DNA from: Camelus dromedarius
Taxonomy: Eukaryota
NCBI RefSeq assembly: GCF_036321535.1
Contig: NC_087436.1
Location: 48,796,001 to 48,860,000, forward strand
DNA length: 64,000 nt
Direction of reading: 5' to 3'
A program made the position numbers and the translations under genes. The notes below the pieces were generated by a model, which was not told the DNA's origin, did not search any database, and saw only the letters and a program-made list of their open reading frames with translations. This document shows positions 25,031-36,700 of this stretch, piece after piece (the stretch's first letter is position 1; the number at the start of each line of letters is the position of its first letter).

Positions 25031-26325
25031 AGAATTAAATCACTTTTCATCTCTATCTTTCCTGGTTCAGTCCTTATTTTGTCCTTATGCTTATCCTTAT
25101 GGAAAAGCCCTGGATCCCTTTGTATAAAAAACTTGGGATATCAAAGGTTTTCCAGCTTTTATTCTAGCTAAAACTTCCCTTTTCCAGTTAACATCTCTAA
25201 GTTCCCAGAACCATTAGTTAGGAAGGGAAAAAAAAAAAGACACCATATCCCTGCCTCTACATCTCCTGGATTCTGCTCTGTGAGCTTTCTTCCTCTTACT
25301 CCAACATGAAGTTGTTGTTTTCCTTAGTGATAAAACAGACATCTGCCTGTTTCTCCTAGTATTCTTTATTTTGCTATTTATTTTCTAAGAAAGATAAAGA
25401 ATAATATCTGCCCATTTTCCACCATTCTGTTACATGTCATTCTGGCCAGTCTATGAGTTCTTCCACATTTTTTTCTTCCGAGAATAATCACTGTAATTAT
25501 TTTGTAACTTCCAGAGAGTTTGCAAGCAAAGAATCTGCCCCAGTTCAGCTTGTATTTTGAAAAAAATGACATCAAATTCTGGACTTTTATTCTGAAAGAC
25601 AGCCACTGTGAGGAAATGATTAAATATGACAGAAGACTAAAACCAGCACAAACTTCTAACAAATGTTGGCAAAGATTGTATAAATTATGCTACATTTACT
25701 TAAAAATATTATGAAATCATATTTTAGTGATATTTTAATGAGGCTATTTAAAACTATGTGCAACAGGGAAAATATTTATAATATAATATTGAGTGAAAGC
25801 AAGTGACTGAAAATGTATTTGCATTTTTAGAATTTGCAGCACTAGGCATCCTCATGAATGATGGCTTAATGAGAACAGGGGGAGAAAAGGATCTGATCAG
25901 GGTGGCAGATTTGGGGTTTATCTTTTTCTTTAAAAAAATTTTGTTGTTACAAGTCTGATACAACGGATGAAAATCAAGCTCCCAAAGAATGGGTTAAACA
26001 AGTTTCTGAAGCTGGTATTTCCCGTATAAAACTATGTTGACAATTAAACTTGTTTCCTCACTAATTACTTTATTTAACAGTGGAATAATTATTTCTTTTT
26101 AAAATTATTTAAAAATATAAAAAACTGTATTGTGGTCCTAACTACTTTTTTTCCCCTAAGATTCTGAATCTTAGAAGTTTAGTTCAGAGGAAAAAGGAAA
26201 TGGCTATGCCATGTATTTGACCTGGGTGAATGATTACAAACTCGAAGAGGAGGAATAAGCCAGACACAGCTAACTGAACTATGTAGTTTTCCAATGTTTC
26301 CCTCCATATGTTACTCGGAATTTAC

Positions 26326-26370
26326 CTGGCATGATGGCAGCATGTAAGCAAGAACAATCCCAACATGGCC
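26326..26370 (-). CDS. GSTCD: GSTCD coding exon (45 bp; probably exon 7)
   Basis: tttttcag|GGC CAT...TGC CAG|gtaaat. Encodes GHVGIVLAYMLPSCQ, in frame after a 160-bp intron. Confidence 0.96.
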
Positions 26371-26530
26371 CTGAAAAAGGTAAAAAAAGAAACAAGGTAA
26401 CTTTGGTCTCTGAGGCTTTTGTTGATTCTGAGACAACAATCTAGCCAAATAAAAACATGACTGTGAGGGTAGTGTAGTCAAATCACATAGTCTGGGAAAG
26501 GCTAAAGAGTATAAAGGAGAGATATAATAC

Positions 26531-26646
26531 CCCACCGCTGCAGAAATCCACAATTCTGTCACCAGGTCTGGCCTGATTTGTCACCACATAGATGAGGTTG
26601 TTTAGCTGTTGCTGCTTCCGCAAAGCTCGATCACTGGACATTTTAC
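26531..26646 (-). CDS. GSTCD: GSTCD coding exon (116 bp; probably exon 6 in human numbering), first exon visible in the window
   Basis: tgtctccccag|GT AAA ATG...AGC GGT GGG|gtatta. Encodes (G)KMSSDRALRKQQQLNNLIYVVTNQARPGDRIVDFCSGG, including the start of the glycine-rich SAM-binding motif I. Phase 1 in, phase 0 out. Confidence 0.95.
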
Positions 26647-28759
26647 CTGGGGAGACAAGAGATGCAGACAATGAAACGTCATGTCTTGTGAGGGACTTGA
26701 AGGCACTCGTAGCACAGAATGGACTAGCAGCACACAGGAAGAGGGGTACATATGTAAGTGAATCACACATTCCATATAATCCACTGTGAAAAGACCAGAG
26801 AACTAGAACCCAGAGATGAACTTTGTTTTTATTTATTTTTACTTTAATTCCTGGCCAACTTTCCTTTCCACAGCCATTGACAGAAAAATCTATGAAAAAA
26901 TGGTCTTTGAAAGAGAGGAAACAATAAGTGAAACATTAACTTCAGGGTCATAAACAAAGTAAGTGTTAATAAATGTTACTGGTGGATAAAAATTAATAGT
27001 AATAGTCCCTTCCTTCTAACCCTCTCAGAGACACAGTGTAAAGATTACCTAATTTCAGCCCAGTGCTTAAATCTCCTTGGAGAAAAGCGATCCATGATAA
27101 GAAAACCATTTTTATTATTTAACTGGCACTTCCTTGAACTCTTAATTTTTCTGGTTAGGACACTTGGAACATAGGTATCATACTGTCTGAAATATATCCA
27201 TGTTTATTATATTTAGAAATAAATTAGATTTTCTTATTTCTTCTTTGAAGCTTCCTTTCCTCATGAGTCAGACTCAGAAATTTAATGCAATTAGAGATTA
27301 AAGACAGGAGACTTCCAAGTACAAAATGCCTTGGGCCTAGCAGCATGAAAACATCTTAACTTTCTTTTCAAAAGCTACCAGTCAAGTCCACTAAAATAGT
27401 TTTGGAAGAATGAATAAAATTATTTGTTTTTTACATATTTCAAATGCACTGTTTCTAAGAACAAGATTAAGAAAATGTAAGAGAGTAGCTTTCAGTGATA
27501 CAGATAAAAGGAAAAACACATATCAGCTTTTTGGCTTGATCAAAAGTTATTTACAGATACCAAAGTTTCCCTGCTCCACTGTCACCGGAAAATAGCATGG
27601 CTTTTGTCTTTTCTGTTTTTCTTCTTTCTTATGCTACTAAAATAAAAACATTCAGAAACTCTAAGGAAAAAATAGAAAATATGGATTTAAAAAGATCTTA
27701 TGAGAGAAAAACTTCATCATCTCATAATTCAGAGGTAATATTTTTGTATCTATGTACTTCCAGTTATACCTGTAAGTGCATAATTTTCTAGACAGCATAG
27801 GAAACATTATATTATAAATTTTTCCATGTCAATGCATTTGTTTCTCTAAGTTTTAATGGCTGCACAATATTTTATTAACTATCTATATCCAGCTTATTTA
27901 ACCAGTTTCTTACTGTAATAATGTGGTCATCTTCAGACAGCTGAGTCATTGTAAATATTCTTAATTATTTAGCATGGCCTAATGTAAATTTCAAACATGA
28001 AAAGTAATTCAATCAATAGTTTGGTGATGTCATTGGTGAAGACAGTTTCATGTAGCTTTAAAAAGAATTATTTTCATTTTTCTTTAATTATATAATTGCA
28101 AAAAAATTTAAACACAGAGTTGGTGAAAGCTTCTGTCATCCCATCCTCTGTGGATAACCACTACTAAGAGATTTTATTATGACAATTTTCAAACACATGG
28201 CAAAGCTGAAAGAATTAAGATTCAGTACATGACTCTATATCCTCCACCAAGATTCTACCATTAACAACTTACTAGACTTGGCTTATCATACTTCCATCTA
28301 TCCATACCTCTATCCCTCCAGTCATAAATCCACCTCATTATTATTATTTTTTTAATGGCAATGCAGTTTTGATTTGGAGGAAGAGGAACAAGAAAGAGGA
28401 GGAGGGGGTGGGGTTCAGAAGGCAAAAATGGAAAAGCACTTTCAGGCGCTTGGGAGAGCTAGTGTCACAGATGCTGTTACTAAATGGAGCCGCCAAGAGG
28501 CAAGAAATGGGCACCAGCATTATTGTCTTTGTTCTGTCTGTGGATTTCTTAGCAATTCTTAACCAAAAGATTTTCATTAAAAAACAAAAGTCAAAAGGAA
28601 TTATCTTTTGTTAAGAACAAGGAGATACAAAAATAAAATTTATTTAATGGACCATCTGTACCATATTTCTACTAGATATCTACAATTAACTAACTTTCAT
28701 AGGTCTGTTTCAAAAGCAAATGTTGAAGATCTGTTTTTCTTGCCACGCCTGCATCTTTG

Positions 28760-29280
28760 CATATAAAGAATTTGTGCTTCACTTCTGCTAATGTGATACA
28801 ATTATCCTGCATACAACTAAAAACATGTTAACTCAGAAGAGGAACAAAGTTCTTAGGTGGTTTTTACCCTTCTCCTTTGATACCCTGCAACTTAAAGACC
28901 ATGATACAAAGTTAACTATTATTAATACATCTTATGTAAACTGATAAGGGAATAAAATAATAAAAAATATTTGCTTAACATATACACATATTTATAACAA
29001 AATAAGGAGGAGATACCCGTAATTATTACAATCCCTATCTCTGCAGCAGTCACATGATTACAGCTGGTTTTTGACTGCCTTTTTCACTGCCATCAAGGGG
29101 ACGTCCCATACCCCTTTGCTCTCAGCCAGCACCTCAACGAGTCAAGGTTCATTGCCAGGTGGGGTGTATTACTTTCCTATGTCTACTATAACCAAATGGC
29201 ACAAACCTGACAACTTAAAACAACAGAATTTATTCCTCGACAGTTCTGGATGCTAAAGTCTGAAATCAAGGCACCAAGGA
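28760..29280 (-). mobile_element. MaLR internal fragment followed by an MLT1 LTR fragment (from about 29165)
   Basis: cctttgctctcagccagcacctca (internal), then acttaaaacaacagaatttattcctcgacagttctggatgctaaagtctgaaatcaagg (LTR). Confidence 0.65.
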
Positions 29281-30491
29281 GGCAGGTTCACAGTGCCATT
29301 CAGCACACCAAAAAAGTTCTCCAAAGAATCAGAGAGAAAAACAGTCACTTATAAAGGAACAAAACAGGCTGTTAACAGACTTCCCAACAACAGCAACAGA
29401 AGCCAAAAAAATAATGGCATAACAGACAAAATTACAGTCAGACACGGAAAGATACTGTACAGAGAAAAAAAACACAATTTAAGAAGAGGAGATAATACAG
29501 ATCTTTTCAGATACACAATAAGTGAGTTAACTAGCAAACACACCCTCATTAAAGATCTTTGTACAGGATGTAATTCAGGGAGAAGGACTGTCAGAGGTGC
29601 AAGAGGAGTATAGATAGTAATTCTGGATGCAACAACACAGAGTACTGTCCAGAACTTAGGGCTCAGGGAGGAAAAAGAGTATAATAATTTTTATTCATCT
29701 GTAATTATGAAAAAAACTGAATAAAAAACCCATTGGCCCATTATCATATTCAGCATGTGGGCTATATATAGAAACAGTGAAAACAAAGGTTCAAGGATGT
29801 CCTGAAAGAAAAAAAAAAAAGAATTTGTGCTTAAATAAAGGTTGAAGGCAAAGAAGTACTTTTCAGGGTTGTGTTTAAATAGAGATGAAACTCTTAAGCT
29901 GACCATAATATTCACAGATTGGGCTAAAAATACAGTAGAATGATGCCCAGATGCTTTATGGGAAAACTGAACCTAACAAACCATCCCCACCTCCTGTTCT
30001 AGTTTAGAAATATTATGAAGCTCCTGGAAACATGAATTGGATCTTACACACACTGAACAAGGTAAGAAAGCAGTATTTTGAGATATAATATTCATTTAAA
30101 AACCAAATCCTACTTTCTATTTATATCCAATATTCTTGTGCCTAAGACACCATTTACAAGTATAAAAGTATAATATATGTTTAACTTGACTAAAAAGGAT
30201 GGTTCTTTAGGTGTCATCATGGAAAAACAAAACCCAAGAATCAAATGTTTTAATACAAATGATTTTATTTGTCCTGTCATGTAATTCTCCTACAAAGGAG
30301 TCTTTTCCTTGTCTAATCCAAGTTAGGAGGAACCTGATTATTTAGACAACTTCAATTGTTGTTTGCATGGCCCAAAAGGAAAGTACAAGGGTAAAGGAAC
30401 CAATTTTTAAACTAAGGAAGAGCCAGATTTGAACACGAGAACACTAGCATTTTTGGTCAGGTCAAAGCATCAAACAAGGCAGAAATGAAAC

Positions 30492-30594
30492 AGAGAAAGA
30501 AAGAGAGGAAGAGAGGAAGAGAGGAAGAAAGAAAGAAAAGAAAGAAAGAAAAGAAAGAAAGAAAAGAAAGAAAGAAAAGAAAGAAAAGAAAGAA

Positions 30595-30681
<87 letters not shown>

Positions 30682-30719
30682 GAAGGAAGGAAGGAAGGAA
30701 GGAAGGAAGGAAGGAAAGA
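30492..30719. repeat. Compound (GAAA)n/(GAAAA)n/(GGAA)n purine microsatellite, 228 nt
   Basis: Direct reading: no C or T on the + strand between 30492 and 30719. Confidence 0.98.
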
Positions 30720-33309
30720 TGGAAAATGTGCACATGGGCAGCCTGGATGCCTGCTCAATCTAGTAAATTGTGCTCCAGATCAGGCACAAAAATTAATTTT
30801 TTCTTTCTTCATTTGAAGTAACAAAGTACAGTGAATGTTACTGGTAAAAGAAAAATGGTTGGGCTCTTGGATACACATGAGACTTCTTAAAAAGATTAAG
30901 TTGTTGTTTTGTTTTCTGAGTACTTCTTTGCAATGTAGCACACCAACCACATTCTGTGAATTTTTTAAAAATATAATTAAATATGGAGACAAAGAAAAAA
31001 GCTAAAACTAGTGGTTTAGAGATTTTAAAAGCATGTTTTGTTTGGAAATCTATAAAATCAAAAAAGCATGAGTAAATGTCTTCAATAGAGATGGATGTAG
31101 TAGAGAGGCTGTAGAAAAGGCACAAGACAATTGAATGGACAGGTGGAACTGACAGGACCTTTGGCAGGTGAGAAGGAAGGTGACAACCACACATTTTAAT
31201 GTTTTCAAGAGGCTCCATTAACATTAAGACAAGCTGATGAATAGTCACTTATGTTTTACAGGTCAATGGACGGTGAAGCCCAAGTTGCACAGGGGCGCTA
31301 TGGTTTTCATGGCTGGAACAGTCACTAGGGCACCTACTGTATGTCCGGTTCTTGTCTAGATGCTGAGGGCACAACTCAAAGTGAGTAAGATTGTCTTTCA
31401 GCAACGGAGAGGGTATCTAAGAAGACGGTATAGGTTTTTATTATGTGCAAAGGTATGTACAATGCAGATAAAGAACTAATTGAGACATCACAGAGGATTT
31501 TACAGAGATGTAGGGCATTTCAGCTAAGTCTTTAAGAAGGAACAGAAAACTGCCAGGTAGAATGGGTGGGGAAAGCACGCCAAGAATGAAATGGCATACT
31601 TAGCGGGGAAACTGCAATTTGCTCACTTGTGCTTGAAAATGAGGATCAATGGGGAAGTAGTAAAGCATAAGATACACCTGAAAATACAGGCAGGGCCAGA
31701 GAGAGGGCACTGCTTGTTATCTTGCCTCTCTCTGCTGTAGGGAAAACATGGCCTTGCTTTCATACTTAATATGTTAGCGCTCCTTAGAGACAAGTTCTAT
31801 TTGAATAGACAGCTTTGTTATTTTTATATTATTTCATACTGAAGATTTTTTTATACTGCTAGCCTGCATTATTTTTATTATGGATAGAGTATATCCTCAA
31901 ATTAGATAGGATTATTCATAAAATTATGTGGAGCATTCAACTCTCTGAACATTGGATAGTTCCTTGAAATTATCACAGCTGGTTAGTCAGTTGCTTTATA
32001 AATTTATTCTCTTTGCCTGAAACCTACTGCTCACTCCTGGGTACATTTACATGTATTACTTTTGTAATCAGTTTTTTTTTTAAATACAAAATAGAAAAAA
32101 GTTACTTTTCAAACTCTGTTGCTACCCCAAAGAAGTAATCTTTTATAGCCTTATTAAATATTGAAAAAGTTTTCTTATTATAAAATGATTCCTGGGCATT
32201 ATTGATTAGATCAACTACCCAAAAAGAACCATTAGCTGAAATTGCTTCTGTCTCCATGAAATAGATAACAGATGATTTTTCCTGGAACTACATAAATGGG
32301 CCCAATTAAGTGGAAAGATTATTAGAAGACTGACAGGCACATAACAGGTGCTCAATAAAAGTTTAATGATTGAATTTTCTCTGCAATTATGGCTTAAACT
32401 GCATTTCAAGGCAGTATGTTAACTTTTGCAGGTACTAAGTATGAAAACAAGTTCAACTGTATTTGAAAATACACTATGTTGATATAGTAAAAGAAGTCAA
32501 CTATGAAGCAGTGTTTTAGGTGGAGGATAGAAAAGGTTCTGAAAACTTTTATGAGGGACTGAGAAAGCTGCCATTTAAAGCTATATCAAAAGCTCAAAGA
32601 AAAGCAGGAACAAAATTCCTAAAGAAACCCCTAAGAGGAGGAACAAAACTAAGCAGAGACATCAAGTTTACACTTTAGGTTAGGGAAAACTTGTTTCAAA
32701 TTTTGAAGATGATTTCTTGGGAATATTAAAAATTTAGAACAGTCCTTCCAATTTACATTTTTTTAAAGCCAGTTGCAGGCTAGCATCACTAATCCTCTTA
32801 GCCATGGTGACCTCAGTGTGACAGTATTCTTCTTGCAACAGTGGTTACTAATCATCTGATACCTTTTCCTCCTTTCCCCCACGCCCTGCCCACAGTGCAG
32901 TCTATGAAGTCATCAACAGTGTAACAGTGTGACGGCATTTTCAGTCTGATAGTTTTGTTATATACATTGTTAGAGTATTCAATAATCATTAACTAGAAAT
33001 TTCCTCTAAATTGAGGGAAAATCACCTCATAAATATCATTTTCAATTAATCATGCAACCAACAAATCAACCAACCAACTTGACCTACAAAGAACTGTTCT
33101 AGACAATGTTAGGGACACAAAGATGTCTAATGCTTGATTTCGGTCCTTAAGAAACCCATACCTTATTTAAAACAGAACAAAAACATTATATTTGACCTTA
33201 AAAATGTACCTTATTAACCACACTGTAAAATTTTTTAATGACATTTAAAAAGCCCTAAGTTACAAAAATTCATATTTCTTTCATTAAAGCTTCTAAAATG
33301 ATTGATAAT

Positions 33310-33550
33310 AGTTTCTGTTTATATGATGCTTTGTGATTTATTAAGCACTTGCACATTTGCCATATCATCTAACCTCATGGTTGTCAGGTTGTCAGGTGGA
33401 TGTCATGTTCCTTATTTTACAAATGAGGGCACTGCACTGAGGAGGCTGCTCAAACTTAGCACTTGCTTAAAGATACCCAGCTGGTAGGTGGTGAAGGTGG
33501 GACTCCATAACAAGGATTTCTAACTTCAGGTTCAGTCTTCTTTCCAAAGT
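33310..33550 (-). mobile_element. MIR SINE
   Basis: ttattttacaaatgagg ... cccagctggtaggtggtgaaggtgggactc. Confidence 0.65.
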
Positions 33551-34532
33551 GATCTGCCATTTCTTAAACAGATGACTTTGAATGTGATTTCAGAATCTGA
33601 CGGCTGGTCCTTTTATATTTTCTTCCTCTTTTTTTTTTTTTTTACTTGTGAGAGTTCAAGGAAATGAGAACAAGGTGCTTTCTAGCAGGGAAATGAGGGA
33701 TGTCCCTAACAATTTTATCTTAGGGGGAAAAAAGTGAATTCTTCAGTCATCAAATGCATTTTACTTCACTTTTCCTCTAAGTAAAGTTTCCAAGAGCAGG
33801 CTTACCAATTAAAAAAAAAAAGGATCAATTTAAGTTCTGAACTTCAATATTTTGGAATATATCACCAAGGCATTATCTGGAGGTCTTATAAGTCACTCTG
33901 TTTAATGAATTGACCTTCGAGTGTCACCCTTTCCAGAAAGAGACAATTTCCTCACCTGGGACTGTAGCAACCTTTAAAATTTTATAGGAAAGTGACATGG
34001 GAAGGCTGAGCAATCAATCTGTTGTAAAATTGGATTATCCAGGAGGGAAAAAATGAAAATAGATTGGGACATTCTTTCATGCTACAGTACTGCAGATACT
34101 GACAAATACAGCATGCACCTTCACCCTTCCAAATCGAATTCCAGAACATCTTAAAAAAAATATATAACTAAAAAGTATTTAAGCAAGATGCAGAGTTGAA
34201 AAACAAAAGTTGAAGAAAGTATAGCCGTATTATTTGCCAAATCAAAACTTTGTTTATAAAAGAGCTTAGATACAGTGAACAATGGAAATTTTAAAACCTT
34301 CTTATTCTTGCTATTTTTTTCTCTAAGATGAATAAAACGTTTTGACTTCAGAATACCAGATACCAGAGTTAATTGAACACATATATTTTCATTTCATTCA
34401 AATGATATTTACACCACACAAAGTAAACATTTCTTTACCCTGGAATTTAGTTTAAAAAAAAAAAGTTCACAATATCTTCCAAGTTGCCCACAAGACCAAA
34501 CTGAAATGTTTTAGAATAAAAAAGTTAACTCT

Positions 34533-34667
34533 GGGGAGGGGGAGGTATAGCTCAGTGGTAGAGTATATGCCTAGCATGCACAAAGTCCTGGGTTCAATCC
34601 CCAGGATCTCCATTAAAATAAATAAATAAAAACCTAATTACCTCCCCTATCAAAAAGAATTTTAAAA
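34533..34667 (+). mobile_element. tRNA-derived SINE (Vic-1-like), copy 3, full length
   Basis: A box tagctcagtgg, B box ggttcaatccc, and a perfect 18-bp TSD aataaaaaagttaactct (34515-34532 / 34668-34685). Confidence 0.92.
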
Positions 34668-34999
34668 AATAAAAAAGTTAACTCTACAAAATAGGTATTT
34701 ATTTCTTCTCCCCTTTTTTTTTCCAGAGGCTTAAGTTAACAGGAAGGTATGTTAATAGTTTCATTAACTTTTGAGATCATTCAAGTAATCAATTTAATTT
34801 CCAATTTGACGTGTTCACAGGATTTAGATTAAATGATATACTAGTAGCCTGAAATAGTGAGAATTAGCTTTTCCAGAGTCTAGGGATTTTTTAAAAAAAT
34901 CACTTCTTTCATCCATAGTATTATAATTTCTACTACGATGTGACCTACAGGTTTTCTTGTTTGATTTTTTTCATATACTTCATTAAAAAATGAAAATGG

Positions 35000-35350
35000 T
35001 GTATAGCTAAGGTGACATGGCCCCAAATTCTTTTATAATATAAAACTATATTAATATACAGTATTCCCATGAAGAAGTGGCATTTATGACCGCTTGACCA
35101 ATGTAATACAGAAGCGACACTGTGTCCATTTCTGGTAGCTTCCAATTCCTATCTTTTGAGATACCTGCTCTTGGAAAATAGCACCATGCCTTGGGAAGGC
35201 AAGCCTCCCTGGCTGATGCTGTCCGGACAGACAAACTTTCCCATCAAGCCCTAGTTAAGTTGAGGATTTGTGAATAAAATAGATCATGGTTATTTAAATG
35301 CACTCAACTTTGTGGCGGTTATTTATGCAGCAATAGATCATCAGAAAGAC
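35000..35350 (+). mobile_element. Old MaLR LTR (MLT1G/H-like)
   Basis: atggccccaaattc ... cttgaccaatgtaatacagaagcgacactgtg ... ttatgcagcaatagatcatcagaaa. Confidence 0.6.
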
Positions 35351-36059
35351 ACCCTAACATGGGGCTTGTAAGAATGATCATCTTTGAATAGGATTTATTA
35401 TGGCACCTACCTGTACGTGAAGTGGTGCTGATACTACGCTGATAACCAAAATAGAGAACAGCTCTTATCCCTCAGAGTTAATGCCCCAAGGCGGCGGTAT
35501 TCATTAAAAGTTACAGAGGGACTGTATTGCATTCCAGTCCTACTGTTCCTTTTTGTCTTTCTAATAGTCCTAAACCTTATGGCCTAACTGTAAAGAATGT
35601 TGGGATCTCAGCAGCAAGGAATGGTGGAAAGAAAAAGATTGTGGGAACTAACCCAGCTATACGCATGGGTAGGAAAGGGGACAGTGTTCCAAATAAGTAT
35701 TCAGAAGGTACCCAACCTGGACAAGTATTGATATCCACACAGATCTAGCAACAGTCGTGTACAGCAGTGGGGCAGCCAGTACAGTACAGTTGAGGGAAAG
35801 GATGGTTTACCACTGGGGATGTGTGGGTGGCAGGGCTTACCCTAAGTCACAAGAGATGACAGATCTAAAAGAACAAAGCTGCACTAAAACTGAACCATTT
35901 GGGACGTTGGAATTTATTGAAATATGGATACACTGGTTCAAGCCCTGGGTAGGGTAAGGGAAGGCAAATACTAACATTTTTTCCTAAATTGAAATGTTGA
36001 CTCTTCCTTCCTTTCTCTGGTTCTTTCATTATAACCTCTGCAGAGGTCATTGATATAGC

Positions 36060-36700
36060 AATTTAAAAAAAAAAAAAAGCACTTATTATCTGTCTAGCTC
36101 TGATTAAGGAGCAGGACACAATGGAGAACAAGGGAGATTCTTATATTCCAGTGAAGGGAATTTGACAACAAACAATTAAATCAAGTGATAAATGATATAA
36201 AGAAAATTAAAATAGGATGATATGGTTAAAATTGACTTGGTGACTATTTTAGATTAGGTGGTCAGTAAAAGTCTTACTAAACAAGTAACAAAACTGAGAT
36301 CTGGATGACAAGAAGCCAGCCATGGGAAACAAGAGGGAAACACTCCATACAAAGAGAACTGCTGATTGTAGTCATCAGGTGGAAGGGAGCTAGGGAATAT
36401 TTGAGGAAGATAATTATAATTATATATACATTTATCCTCCTCACTAATAGATAAATAAAGTCACTAGATATTCTTATTTGCTATTATTAGCACAACTGAA
36501 TGATTATTATGTGCTAAGTGTGTTTTATTTATTGTTTCAATCCTTTGTCACGAGGTTGGTACTGTCACTTAATTGTCAGATGAGTTATTTGGAAAAACAA
36601 AAACAAGCAAGTTGCCTTGGTCGCACAGTTAGCTACTCCATGGTAGAGCCAGGGTTTGAATCTTGCCAGTCTCACTCCAGGGCCTGTGCTCCTATCCACA
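36060..36700 (-). mobile_element. L2 fragment (about 36060-36410) and MIR (about 36480-36700)
   Basis: ttagattaggtggtcagtaaaagtctt (L2) and ggtagagccagggtttgaatcttgccagtctcactccag (MIR). Confidence 0.6.

Noticed and set aside
26515..26530. Possible U12-type donor (gtattatatctcc)
   Set aside because: Does not match the GTATCCTT consensus, so it is treated as a weak U2 donor.
26311..26770. ORF-track calls 26483-26770 and 26311-26562 as stand-alone genes
   Set aside because: Each contains one real GSTCD exon plus read-through into intron.
30457..30763. Four overlapping ORFs, rich in Phe/Leu/Ser or Lys/Glu/Arg
   Set aside because: Translation of the GAAA/GGAA microsatellite.
30838..31248. 136-aa minus-strand ORF
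   Set aside because: Non-ATG start, AT-rich low-complexity composition, and no recognisable homology or splice context.
34545..34612. tRNA-like A and B boxes
   Set aside because: SINE head with an A-rich tail and TSD, one of five diverged copies; not a tRNA gene.
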